Part shown: positions 10,889-23,578 of the stretch, piece after piece
Position numbering within the stretch: the first letter of the stretch is position 1
Layout of the letters: the number at the start of each line of letters is the position of its first letter
DNA from: Octopus bimaculoides
Taxonomy: Eukaryota
DNA: 64,000 bases
NCBI RefSeq assembly: GCF_001194135.2
Contig: NC_068984.1
Location: 75,885,187-75,949,186 of the forward strand
Reading direction: 5' to 3'
Notes under the pieces: model-generated
Told to the model about the DNA's origin: nothing
What the model saw: the letters and a program-made list of their open reading frames with translations, nothing else
Database searches by the model: none
Position numbers and translations under genes: made by a program

Positions 10889-13800
10889 TAAGGACAAGCA
10901 GGTTAGTCAAGTCCATGTACAAAAATTGTAAAATACATTTAATACAAAGAATGTACATGTATATACATATAAAAGAAGTCCGACTTACACAGAATGGAAA
11001 TGATAACAAGAATTAAATGATAACAAGAATTGAGTGAGAGTTTTACGAGTCCAACAGCTGTTTCTGGTGGATTAGTGGTCTAAAATAATGCTTGTAACTT
11101 GATTCCGTCATCGAATACCACCAGCTTCCGTCTTCAGGGAAGAGTTTTACATTTGAAGTGTTGGTAGAATGGAGATTAAAGATGGAATGATTTTCTGGAG
11201 AATTAAGAGTATTAGAAAGAGGAGCTGGGGGTAGATAGAGAGTAGTTGGAGGAGAAAATAGATTTTGAGGTTAGGGTTAATAATGAAGCTGATGATAGTA
11301 GTAGAGGTGGAAGGTGGGAAGAAGGTAGAAAGATGGTTTAGGTAGTATGTGAAAGATGACCTTTCTGTTAGTTTGTATGAAGGCTGTAGAGTTAAAAGTT
11401 GCGGTAGTGAAAAGGAGATGGCTAGTATTTGGGTGAAATGAGTAGACTGGTTCAGTAGCTGGAGGATGAGAAGGTAGTCAAAAGTAATTATTAATGGGAC
11501 AAAGGAATTGGGTTGGTATTGGAGGTGGTGGTGTGTTATGGTCAATAGAGGAGTATGAAATTGAATAGAGGGGTGTGAGTTGAGGTAGATTGGTTAGTTT
11601 TCAAAGGAGTGGTGTATTAAGTACTTTTTGAGACTGGGGAGGGTGGAGAGGCTAAGAGGGAAGTGTGAAGTAGCTCATTTGAAGAAATTGGAAGAAATTG
11701 GGGATGTGTGTATGAGAGAGAGTAGGAGGGGTTAGTATTTTTTAATGTCTTGGTTTAAGGACTTTTGGGGTTATGGAAACTTATGGAATTATTTAGATTT
11801 GGCGAAGTGTGAGAAATATGAGTATTACCTGTGTTTACAAGAATAAATAAAATCAGAGAATCTATTGAGTAATGAAGAGTTATGATGGCGAAGAATGGTT
11901 AATGATTCTTTTAGACATAACTTACACTTGCCGATGTTTGCATTGCATGGGGGAGCTTCGCTTACTATGGACCAGGATAAGGTGTATGGAACATTTTGAG
12001 ATTTGAGGTCGTGTATATACGTTGCTAAAGAGATTGACAATTTAATATTTGGATTGGTGAAAGAGTTCATGTGTGCATGGTAGCGGCGCTTGAAATCTAC
12101 AGTGCCACCGATATATACCCTTGCGTGGTGTTATAACACGGCATTTGTAGATTACATTTTTGCGTAGACAGGAGCCTACAAGAGAGCATAATTGAGATAT
12201 GCGACAATTACAAATTTTCCTACATGCTCTATGATTGCGATTTACTACTAGAGGGGTTGAGCTCAGTTGGTTCATTGTTAGTGGGGAGATCCAGAAGTGT
12301 GGTCTGTATTTCTATTGCAGCTAGTATTTGTTGTCGCGAAGGTAGGATTGTGGAATGATGGCTTGAGTCAGTATTATTTAATTGACAGGGGTTAATAAGG
12401 GTTGTGTTATTGCTACTATGTGAGCTAACTTGTGGTGCGGTGTGAGAGTTTAGGTGTTCAGAGAACTGGTGTTTGAGTTTGCGTTTGTTTGAGGAGGCGA
12501 TTGTGGATCCTAAATCAGGTGTGGTGGAGTAGGAGATTTTCACTGATGATTTGTTAAAGATGGGATAGTATTGGGTCATCCCGTAAATAATGCAGTTCTT
12601 TCAATTGCATGAACTAAAAGTCAGAGGGGGACGGGATAAACTACCTGCTATAAAAGCAGGTAGTAATTTTACCTTGTCCTTATTCTTAGTGCAAGTTTTG
12701 AAGAATGCAGTTCGATTTTAAAAGTTATTTTTTCAAAGCTATAATGGCAGTCATAAAGGAGTATATTCGGCATATTTTGCTTTATGAGTTCGATAAAGGC
12801 AACAACGCAACGGAAAGTGCAAGGAATATTAATGCAGTATATGAAAAGCCAATGTCAACGGTGGTTCCAGAAATTCCGAACCGGAAACTACATCCTAGAA
12901 GACGAGCCTCGTCCTGGAAGATCTGTAGAGCTCGACGAGGACGTCCTGCAAACTCTGGCGGAACAAAATCTCATAGTAACTGTTAAAGAACTAGAAGAGA
13001 AGCTTGGATTTGGTCATTCAACCATTCATAAGAAAACGACGATCTTTGGTGTCAAGACGAAAGGTGTACTTCCATCAGGATAATGCTCGGCCACATACAG
13101 CGAGGATGACATTCCAAAGGCTGGAGCAGTTTGAATGGGAAACGATGCCCCACCCACCATATTCGCCGGACATTACCCTATCTGATTATCATTTATTCCG
13201 CAGTCTTCAAAATCATTTGGACGGAAAATATATGAATTCGGTAGATGAGGTCAGAAGAGTACTGGAGGAGTATTTTTCGTCACAGACAAGTGAATTTTGG
13301 AAGAGAGGCCTTGCAAGTCTACTAGATAGATGGAAGAGCATTGCAGAAAATTAAGGAAAGTATATTTTAGATTTAAGAAGAACTTTGTTTATCTTAATTT
13401 TGAAAAATAAAAGTATAAAAACACCGTATTATTTATGGGCTGACCCAATATTTATACTGTGGTGGAAAATTAGATTTTTGGATTTTAAGGAAAAGTTTAG
13501 GTAGAGCTTTAATTTGGAGAGAGAAAGGTGGTGCAAACCATAAAATTTCCGGCTTCCTGGCCTTAGAGTATGTGGTTGTAGTGAGTTGATCAGGAGAGTG
13601 GGGCTTGTAGCTGTTATAGGCGCAGGGTAGTTTTTAAAGCCACCACAAGCCACCCTGAGCCTATAACAACTACAAGCCTCACCCTCCTGATCAACCCACT
13701 ACAACCATACACGCTAAATATGTTGGTATCCGATGACGGAACCAAGTTACAAGCATTATTTTAGACCACCAGTCCCCCAGAAACAGCTGTTGGACTCGTA

Positions 13801-13950
13801 AAACTCCTACTCAAACCCCTTAATTCCTGATATCATTTCCATTCTGTATAAGTCGGACTTCTTTTATATGTATACATATGTACATTCTTTGTATTAAATG
13901 TATTTAACATTTTTTTTAGATCGGCTTGCCTATCTTGCTTGTCCTTACAT
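10886..13950 (-). mobile_element. Penelope-like element with inverted pLTRs, GIY-YIG endonuclease and a nested mariner
   Basis: About 235-bp inverted repeats at 10886-11120 and 13724-13950. CSLVGSCLRKNVIYKCRV and FTNPN..WSIVSEAPPCNANIGKCKLCLKES..LLNRFSDFIYSCKHR (11825-12200). FPPQYK/YYPIFNKSSVKISYS is continuous across the mariner. Confidence 0.92.
12571..13448 (+). mobile_element. Mariner (DD34D) transposon with internal deletion
   Basis: TA TSDs (12569-70, 13449-50); ~31-bp imperfect TIRs TTGGGTCA(T/G)CCC(G/A)TAAATAAT. HTH region (IRHILLYEFDKGNNATESARNIN, LEDEPRPGR) joined directly to HQDNARPH..HPPYSPDITLSDYHLFRSL, with 34 residues between the last two Asp. Confidence 0.95.
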
Positions 13951-14367
13951 TTACTCCTCTACCTGCTCAAGTTCAAATCTCTTGAGCACTATGAAGTGTA
14001 TTCTATATATAGAATACCTGTCTCTAATCTATAAATTAGATAGATAGATAGATCATATNNNNNNNNNNNNNNNNNNNNNNNNNNNNNNNNNNNNNNNNNN
14101 NNNNNNNNNNNNNNNNNNNNNNNNNNNNNNNNNNNNNNNNNNNNNNNNNNNNNNNNNNNNNNNNNNNATATATATATATATATATATACATATATATATA
14201 AATTAAAAACGTAAAAATAAAAACAGAACACAAAGGATTCCGCGATACACGTGTTTCAAGCTTTATAGTCGTTGCATCATTATATTGGTATATAATTGAT
14301 AGACAGGATGGTATAAAGCTATCTTCAGCCGCAAATATATTGTTTCCCAAGTATTATATCACAAAGA

Positions 14368-14745
14368 GTGGAGGCGCACTGGCCCAGTGGTTAGGGCAGC
14401 GGACTCGCGGTCATTGGATCGCGGTTTCAATTCCCAGACCGGGCGTCGTAAGGGTTTATTGAGCGAAAACACCTAAAGCTCCACGAGGCTCCGGCAGGGG
14501 ATGATGGCGAACACTACTGTACTCTTCCACCTCAACTTTCTCTCACCCTTACTTCCTGTTTCTGCTGTGCCTGTAATTCTAAGGGTTAGCCTTGTCACAC
14601 TATGTCACGCTGAATCTCCCCGAGAACTACGTTAAGGGTACACGTGTCTGTGGAGTGCTCAGTCACTTGCACGTTAATTTCACGAGCAGGCTGTTCCGAA
14701 TCAACTGGAACCCTCGACGTCGTAAGCGACGGATTGCCAACAACA
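14368..14745 (+). mobile_element. tRNA-derived SINE family A, full length
   Basis: A-box TGGCCCAGTGG and B-box GGTTTCAATTCCC; (CAA)n tail; 12-bp TSD ATATCACAAAGA; two more copies in the window. Confidence 0.9.
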
Positions 14746-14828
14746 ATATCACAAAGAAGAAGTCACCAAGAAAAAAGNNNNNNNNNNNNNNNNNNNNNNN
14801 NNNNNNNNNNNNNNNNNNNNNNNNNNNN

Positions 14829-14867
<39 letters not shown>

Positions 14868-15085
14868 TATCTTTTATCTTTCCCTTCTTTCACACATTTG
14901 ACCGCGACCATGCTGGAGCACCGCCTTGACGAATTATTAGTCGAACGAATCTATCCGGGTACTTCTTTTTAAGCTTGGTACTTATTTTATCAGTTAATTT
15001 GGCAGAACCGCTAGATTACGGAAAAATAAACATATCAATACTGGCTGTGAATCACAAACGCAGATGCAAGGACACATACACATAG

Positions 15086-15122
<37 letters not shown>

Positions 15123-15862
15123 GACTTCACACACGCACACACACACACATGTATGTATAAATAGATATTTACATGCGTGTGCGTATGGCTTAGGCTGTGT
15201 GCGAGTGCTCCCGTTGATATGTAATGCATTACAGCCTGTATGTATGTATGTATGTATGTATGTATTCTCACGCTAACTAGCTTGCTTGATAAAGAAGCAC
15301 GCAGTGGGTCTGAACCCGGAACCATGTAGTTGTGAAGCAAATTTCTTACCACACAGCCACGCTGCTCACTCGACTCGTGTGACAAGAAGAACACCACTAA
15401 CTATTTGGAAAGTCAGCAATGCTCGGATAAAATTTATGTTGGAGCTTATAAAGTTTGCCCCATCTCACAAACTTTCACAACCTTACTAACATGACCCAGA
15501 GGAAAGCCCTATAAGAATATTAATATAAGTCAGAGATTTCTTTCTAGAGAAGCCTCATGATCTTCTACGGTAACTACTGACCCCCAAAATGAACAAGAAC
15601 ACAGATTTAAATCAGAGCAAATTTCTTATAGACACATGTTTTAACGAAGGGCTGCCTCATTGCGAGCGGCCCTATTGCTACATAGTCGTTGACTCTACAT
15701 TTCCTTAAATTCATTTCATGTTCTCCAGAGCATCCTTGCTACCTTCTTTATCAAGCAAGTTAGTTAGCGTGAGAATACATACATACACGTTGTAATGCAT
15801 TACATGTTAGCAGGAGCACTCGCAAACAGCCTAAGCCATACGCACACGCATGTAAATATTTA

Positions 15863-16429
15863 GGATCTATTTCAAAACGGGGCACCAGTTTTCATTTATG
15901 TTTTATGTAGTGTTTTTGGTACCGAAAGACTTTCAAACTTCGTATACTTATCTATTTTGTGTTATAGAACAGAAAAAAAAATTTGTATTCGAATTTATTT
16001 CATGTAAAAAATTGTCTTATTTCGATAATTTCTACTAATCACTGACGTCTATTCAGTTGAAAACAGTTAGCGCTGTAACGGTGTATATCGTATTAATCCC
16101 CTAACCCTAACTAGACTGTTAACCCTAACCCTAACCCTAACCCTAAAACTAACCCTAACTCTAGAATCCGAACTCTAAAATTGTTACACACATAGATACG
16201 CACAGCGTAATTTATTATATAAACAATATATGNNNNNNNNNNNNNNNNNNNNNNNNNNNNNNNNNNNNNNNNNNNNNNNNNNNNNNNNNNNNNNNNNNNN
16301 NNNNNNNNNNNNNNNNNNNNNNNNNNNNNNNNNNNNNNNNNNNNNNNNNNNNNNNNNNNNNNNNNNNNNNNTTCGTTAGTGTAGTGTTTCGTTAAGAAAA
16401 TACTGGTGCCCCCGTTTTGAAATAGATCC
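15863..16429. mobile_element. GG-ended MITE with 8-bp TSD (Merlin-like) carrying a CCCTAA array
   Basis: TIR GGATCTATTTCAAAACGGGG(G)CACCAGT at both ends; TSD AATATTTA (15855-62, 16430-37); degenerate (CCCTAA)n at about 16099-16160; contains an N-gap. Confidence 0.85.
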
Positions 16430-16443
16430 AATATTTATTTATA

Positions 16444-16496
<53 letters not shown>

Positions 16497-16521
16497 GAAC
16501 ACACACACATTGGGAAAAGAG

Positions 16522-16560
<39 letters not shown>

Positions 16561-16819
16561 AACAGACAGACAGACAGAGACAGACAGACAGACAGACAGA
16601 GACAGAGAAAGAGAGACAGAAAGAAAGACAGAGAGAGTAGGCGACAGTAAGAGAGAGAGAGAGAAAGAGAGGGATAGAAAAAGAGAAAGAAAAAGAGAGA
16701 GAGAGAGAGATTGATTGGTTTCGGAGCATAAAGGCACGTCTTGAGTTTTCTACTAGGCGTCCAACTGTCCATCAATATGCCTAACTAGCTTACTACCTAT
16801 CTATGTATCTAACTATCTA

Positions 16820-16909
<90 letters not shown>

Positions 16910-17063
16910 GTCTACTATCTATCTATCTATCTATCTATCAATACAGAGATTCATACAGGCATACAGACAGACAGACAAACAGATAGATAGATAAAATGAG
17001 CTATTAACTTATTACTATTTCACAATCTCATTCTTCTCTCCTTCTTTCTCCCTTTATCTTTCC

Positions 17064-17125
<62 letters not shown>

Positions 17126-17230
17126 TTCTCTCTTTCTTTCTTTCTAGTTCAGTCTAATTATATCACACACCTTTTCCTCTACCACCACCACCACCACCAC
17201 CACTACCACATCTTTTCTCCCTTTGCTGTT

Positions 17231-17264
<34 letters not shown>

Positions 17265-17644
17265 GCTCCCTGTCAGTATTTCAAGATGCTAAATAAGATT
17301 TAAAACAAGATAAATTGACCCACCACGCACTCATTTATTCAAACATACTACATCCACACGCGTATCAACCACTCCACGCAAATCCAGCTCAATCATGAAA
17401 TAAATTGACTCTTCAAACACATATTTTCACAATACATGGATAGTTACACACACACACAAACACACGCAAACACACACACACGTACCCACACAAACATACA
17501 AAAACTTACAGATGCATATGCATACATAAGCACGAACACACACACACACTAACAAACATATATGTGTGTACATATATATATAAATATATATATGTATATA
17601 TAGATATATATATATGCATATATATACATATATACATATACATA

Positions 17645-17758
<114 letters not shown>

Positions 17759-18244
17759 GTAATGATAAATGTTAGATTCAGCGGTTACCAATTGTAACGG
17801 TAGAGGCAGTAATTCGTTTTGAGTTGTTATCCAAATGTAACCGGTGTTGAGGTTGCAGATGCGAAAGCAGAACAGTGGTCGAAGCTAATGTTGACTCCAA
17901 ATTTTATTTACAGTTACTTTATGTAAAGCCATATTACGACGGCCAGGCGTGTATAATATAATTGAGAGTTAATTTTTCCTTTTATAAGAGTGTAACATGT
18001 CCTTGTCCATTGTAACAGTAAAATGATAGAGACAGAGTGATGATGTAGAGAAGAGAAAGTGAGCTAGCGAAAGTGAGAGTGGTGGGACGAGACAACTGCT
18101 TCGTTGGTGAGTTACCCTAGTTGTCCCTCTGTGACGTTTCATTCAGAAACGGCGTTTCGTTCAGCCGGTCAGCCAACTCCCCTGTTAGTCAGTTCTCACT
18201 AACTGATTTTACCTAATGGAATTCTAGCATTTATAAGAACACAG

Positions 18245-18824
18245 GGATCCTTCTGATTTGGCGGGCGTCACTTTTTATTTATGTTTTATTTAGTGTGTTT
18301 TCTACCGAAACACTTTCAAACTTCGTATACTTGTATATTTTGTGTTATAGAACAGATAAAAATTTTTGCATTCGAAGTTATTTCATGTAAAAAAATTGTG
18401 GTATTTCGGTAATTTTAACCAATCACTGACGTCTATTGAGGTGAAAACAATTACTGCTATGGATTATCAACAAAGCGTTGTGCGGTGTAATGGGATCTTT
18501 TCCCTTATGTCATAAATAACAGTACCGCCCATAGTTGTTGACAAACAACGGCACTAATTTTATTCAAGAGAAAAGATCCCATTACACCGCACAACGCTTT
18601 GTTGACAATCCACAGCAGTAATTGTTTTCACCTGAATAGACGTCAGTGATTGGTTGAAATTACCGAAATACGACAATTTTAACACGAAATAACTTTAAAA
18701 AGATAAAATTTTCTTAATAACACTAAGAGTAAAAGATGTTTTATATGACACATTCTACCAGTGTCCCAAGTTTGAAAGTGTTTCGTTAAGAAAACAAATG
18801 GCGCCCGCCAAATCAGAAAGATCC
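18245..18824. mobile_element. GG-ended fold-back MITE with 8-bp TSD (Merlin-like)
   Basis: TIR GGATC(C/T)TTCTGATTTGGCGGGCG; TSD GAACACAG (18237-44, 18825-32); internal ~100-bp inverted repeat (about 18403-18502 / 18572-18670); left arm homologous to the 15863 MITE. Confidence 0.9.
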
Positions 18825-19654
18825 GAACACAGACCAGCCAGAAAAAGAGATATATCGTTTAAACAATGAATAAATTAATGAAGGTCATTCCCTATTTATT
18901 TCAACTTTTGATGGCATTGAAGAGGTTAAAAGTTTAAGTGAAAGAGACATAAATTGACATGGCAAAGCCATGTGTTGAATGTAACTCTTATTAATTATTG
19001 TTTTTTTCTGTGAGAAAATGTTGTTAAAATGTTATGGGAAATTTGTCGATTCAGGTTCGAATCTATTCTATGCCTAAATGAAGTCACTACATATATATTC
19101 ACACACCTGCGTATTTACACACATAAACAACCACACATATACATGCATATCTTACATATATATATGCACTCGTATAAACTCATGTGCATCTAGAACACCA
19201 CAGAAATATTTTTTGCCCCAGACCAGGCTTCATCGAATAGATCTTGAACAAAGGTTTTTCAGTCCCTGATCAACCATACTATTTATCTATTTATTTATTT
19301 ATTTATCTATTTATTTATTTATTTATTTCCAGGCAGTGGAATCGACAGGATCAAGATAGAAAGCCGTAAGATATTTGTTCCATTTCTTCAGGCGCTGAAT
19401 TTGAATATCGCCGAGGAACGCCTTACTTTCGTCTATAATGGTATTTCACAATCGAACCACCAGGTAACTGGTCATATATCACGACCGAGCCACAATAATT
19501 TCATGTGATCGGTCTATTAAGCAACCAACCAGGGCCAAGTCATCGCGTGATTCAATCTTCCAGAATCTTTTTATTGTACCTTATATAAATCTGTTTTTTA
19601 TATGTATATTAACATGTGTGTGCATGTGTGTTAATGCTGCTTCTACGATATCTT

Positions 19655-19880
19655 TTATCTTTTACCTGTTTCAGCAATCAGTTTGCGGCCATGCTCGGGC
19701 ACCGCCTTGAATGAATGGACCCGGGGACTTATTTATGTTTTTTTTTTCTTTTTCTTAAGCCTGATGCTTATTTTCTCGACGTCTTTTGAAACACCGCTAG
19801 CTTACGGGGAAGCAAACGAACCAACACCGGTTGTCAAACGGTGGAATGGGGAGGGTGCAAACACAATGATACACGCACAC
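19655..19880 (-). mobile_element. SINE family C-type copy, degenerate
   Basis: Aligns to 24985-25200. Shorter relics at about 3895-3990, 8850-8945, 14870-15030 and 44665-44760. Confidence 0.75.
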
Positions 19881-20160
19881 ATACAGATATATATATATAT
19901 ATATATATATATACTTACATATGTGTGTGTGCGCGCGTGCGTGTGTGCGTCTGTGTGTGTCCGTCCTTTTGATTCTAATTTCTCCGGCAATATTGAGGTG
20001 ATGGCGTGTGCAGACCTGAATCGGTTATGGGCAAGTAGTTACCAATGAGCACATAGGATGTTTACGTTATTGATATACAGTTTTCTGCGGGCACGAGAGG
20101 ACATCAATCATATATATACATATATCTGTGTGCATTTGTGCATGTGTGTGTGTCTGTGCG

Positions 20161-20194
<34 letters not shown>

Positions 20195-20910
20195 NNNNNN
20201 NNNNNNNNNNNNNNNNNNNNNNNNNNNNNNNNNNNNNNNNNNNNNNNNNNNNNNNNNNNNNNNNNNNNNNNNNNNNNNNNNNNNNNNNNNNNNNNNNNNN
20301 NNNNNNNNNNNNNNNNNNNNNNNNNNNNNNNNNNNNNNNNNNNNNNNNNNNNNNNNNNNNNNNNNNNNNNNNNNNNNNNNNNNNNNNNNNNNNNNNNNNN
20401 NNNNNNNNNNNNNNNNNNNNNNNNNNNNNNNNNNNNNNNNNNNNNNNNNNNNNNNNNNNNNNNNNNNNNNNNNNNNNNNNNNNNNNNNNNNNNNNNNNNN
20501 NNNNNNNNNNNNNNNNNNNNNNNNNNNNNNNNNNNNNNNNNNNNNNNNNNNNNNNNNNNNNNNNNNNNNNNNNNNNNNNNNNNNNNNNNNNNNNNNNNNN
20601 NNNNNNNNNNNNNNNNNNNNNNNNNNNNNNNNNNNNNNNNNNNNNNNNNNNNNNNNNNNNNNNNNNNNNNNNNNNNNNNNNNNNNNNNNNNNNNNNNNNN
20701 NNNNNNNNNNNNNNNNNNNNNNNNNNNNNNNNNNNNNNNNNNNNNNNNNNNNNNNNNNNNNNNNNNNNNNNNNNNNNNNNNNNNNNNNNNNNNNNNNNNN
20801 NNNNNNNNNNNNNNNNNNNNNNNNNNNNNNNNNNNNNNNNNNNNNNNNNNNNNNNNNNNNNNNNNNNNNNNNNNNNNNNNNNNNNNNNNTATATATATAT
20901 ATATATGATA

Positions 20911-21052
20911 GGTGCAGGCGTGCCTGGGTGGTAAGAAGCTTGCTTCCCAACCACATGGTTCAGTGTTCAGTGTTCAGTTCTACTATAGCTTCGGGCCTAC
21001 CTACCAAAGCTTTGTGAGTGGATTTGGTAGGTGGAAACCGAAAGCCCATCGT
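20911..21052 (+). mobile_element. tRNA-derived SINE family B
   Basis: Matches copies at 25222-25385 (-), 37905-38175, 44008 and 63665; head-only relic at 15299-15365 (-). Confidence 0.85.
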
Positions 21053-21065
21053 ATATATATATATA

Positions 21066-21282
21066 CAAGGGTGTGCTGAAAAGTTCCTAGCTTTGGGTAA
21101 GAGAAAATACAGGAAGATCAGTTACTTATAGTTTTATTGAATATATTCCCCTCTCAGATTCACACACTTATTGCAGCGGTCCTTCAGTTTTTCTAAGCTC
21201 TGTAAAAGAAAACGGAAGGTTGGGCCTCCAACCAGGCTTTTCACGACACCCTTAAAGCTAAGAACTTTTCAGCACTCCTTCG
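21066..21282. mobile_element. Mariner-type MITE
   Basis: ~29-bp TIRs (..GTGCTGAAAAGTTC(C/T)TAGCTTT) flanked by TA; a partial left end of the same family at about 57887-57935. Confidence 0.85.
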
Positions 21283-21349
21283 TATATGTACGTATCAATA
21301 TGTATGTATGGATGTATGTATATAGATATATACATATATATATACATAT

Positions 21350-21433
<84 letters not shown>

Positions 21434-21891
21434 ATATATATNNNNNNNNNNNNNNNNNNNNNNNNNNNNNNNNNNNNNNNNNNNNNNNNNNNNNNNNNNN
21501 NNNNNNNNNNNNNNNNNNNNNNNNNNNNNNNNNNNNNNNNNNNNNNNTATATATATATATATATATATATATGCATATATATTATTTATTATAAGCTTAC
21601 ATCTGTTTCAGAGATGCATTTGGGTGCGTTCATAGTTCAATTCTATCGATCGGTCGATTGGAAATATAGGGAACGAACCTCATAATGATATCTTCGTCAG
21701 AACCAAAACAAATCGGGCGCGTGTGTGTGTGTTTGCGTGTGTGTACGTGTGTGTACATGTGTGTACCTGTCTGTATCTGTGTGCGTGCGTGCGTGCGTCT
21801 GTCTGTCTGTCTGGAACTATCTGACATTCTCATCTTCCCAACATCTGACCTCCTCTCTCTCACTCTCTCTCTGTTTCTATCTCTCTCTCTC

Positions 21892-21925
<34 letters not shown>

Positions 21926-21939
21926 CCTCNNNNNNNNNN

Positions 21940-21985
<46 letters not shown>

Positions 21986-22482
21986 CATTCTTATTACACT
22001 AATTCTTGCGCCCAAATATAGAACTAGAGACAAATATAAAAGGGACCACGACAGATCTGCCTGTACCCCATGCACTCTACCATCATCCCTTCCATACCCC
22101 TTACCCTCCAGTACCCTTTGGAATCGATATATCCATCATTCACTCTTACCATTTATTCATCTGTTTCTATTCATCGATTTCACCATCCCCTCACTCTCAC
22201 CAATTCCACCATCCTCTCATTCCAATCTTTGTGTTACAACACCACACACATGATCCCCTCTTCCATCCACTCTGGTTCTTCTGCCATCGCAGTTCTCTTC
22301 TGTTCAGCTCCTTAACCACGTAGCCCCGTGGGAATGAATACATGGAATGTTGAATACTCTCTAACCTTGCGAGGTACAAAGCAACCCCACTAGTGTTGGT
22401 GGGTATTACTATAAACTCACCCGGTAGACTCTTAAAGTAGCTGCAAACGAATGGTGATGAGTGGACAAGATGACCCCTTTAA

Positions 22483-22712
22483 GGCGGCGAGCTGGCAGAA
22501 ACGTTAGCGCGCCGGGCGAAATGTTTATCGGTATTTCGTCTGCCGTTACGTTCTGAGTTCAAATTCCGCCGAGGTCGAATTTGCCTTTCATCCTTTCGGG
22601 GTCGATAAATTAAGTACCAGTTACGCACTGGGATCGATGTGATCGACTTAATCTCTTTGTCTGTCCTTGTTTGTCCCCTCTATGTTTAGCTCCTTGTGGG
22701 CAATAAAGAAAG
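22483..22712 (+). mobile_element. tRNA-derived SINE family C (Meta/MESC-like central domain)
   Basis: 16-bp TSD AAGATGACCCCTTTAA; central GCCTTTCATCCTTTCGGGGTCGATAAATTAAGTACC block resembles the Meta domain (from recall). Confidence 0.85.
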
Positions 22713-23156
22713 AAGATGACCCCTTTAATCTTGTCGAGGACATTAACACCTCTCTAGTGCTGGTGCCATAATAAAATGCAGCCGCAAAAAAAAAAAAACA
22801 TCAGTGAAGTATACGAGTGAGATGTGGTACTCCAACCCGTCTAAGAGGGCGCTAACTAGAAAGTGGAAGTAAAATAACGATGATACTGGTTGGCTGGATG
22901 GATGGTTGGATGGATGGCTGGATGGTTGGATGGTTGGCTGGATGGATGTCTGGCTGGCTAGCTGGTTGGCTGGCTGGCTGGCTGGCTGGATGGATGGATG
23001 GATGGATGGATGGATGGATNNNNNNNNNNNNNNNNNNNNNNNNNNNNNNNNNNNNNGCTGGATGGATGGATGGATGGATGGATGGATAGATGGATGGATG
23101 GATGGATGGATGGATGGATGGATGGATGGATGGATGGATGGATGGATGGATGGATA

Positions 23157-23578
23157 GCGGCCAGATATTGTTGTTTGGGACAGAGAAGGAAAAGTATGTA
23201 CCGTCTTAGAGGCCAGCTATCCTGCTGATGTATCTCTTCGAAAATCAAAGAAGAAGAGGATAACTACAGACAACTTCTTCGAAATTTTCAGCTTCTATAC
23301 GCATATTACAAATCCACAGTTATGCCTATAATAGTTGAGGTTGTTGGTTTTGTTAGTAAATGCCTGAGTGACAAACTGGAGAAGCAAGGGATTTCAATGA
23401 AAGAAATCCTCAGCTAACACGCATATTGCAATATATAAGCGGAACAGTAAAAATATGTAAAAACGTTCAAAATGTAGCATTGTTTTTATTATCAACATTC
23501 CAACGATGAAATTTTGTGTCTTTGTTAGAAACTAGTTCCTTCCTCAGCGGAGAATTTCAAATAATTAAAAATAGAAGT
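23157..23578 (+). mobile_element. R4/Dong-like RLE non-LTR retrotransposon 3' fragment
   Basis: [60 protein letters not shown]. 3' UTR runs into (CATA)n; (GGAT)n lies upstream. Confidence 0.8.

Noticed and set aside
11147-11545. 132-aa ORF
   Set aside because: Low-complexity C/T-rich 3' tract of the PLE, downstream of its stop.
14368-14440. tRNA genes at SINE heads (also 5776, 27187, 46717, 63665)
   Set aside because: A/B boxes present but no acceptor stem; they continue into SINE bodies with tails and TSDs.
16099-16160. True telomere or chromosome fusion site (also 46079-46145)
   Set aside because: Short, degenerate and enclosed by TIRs and TSDs.
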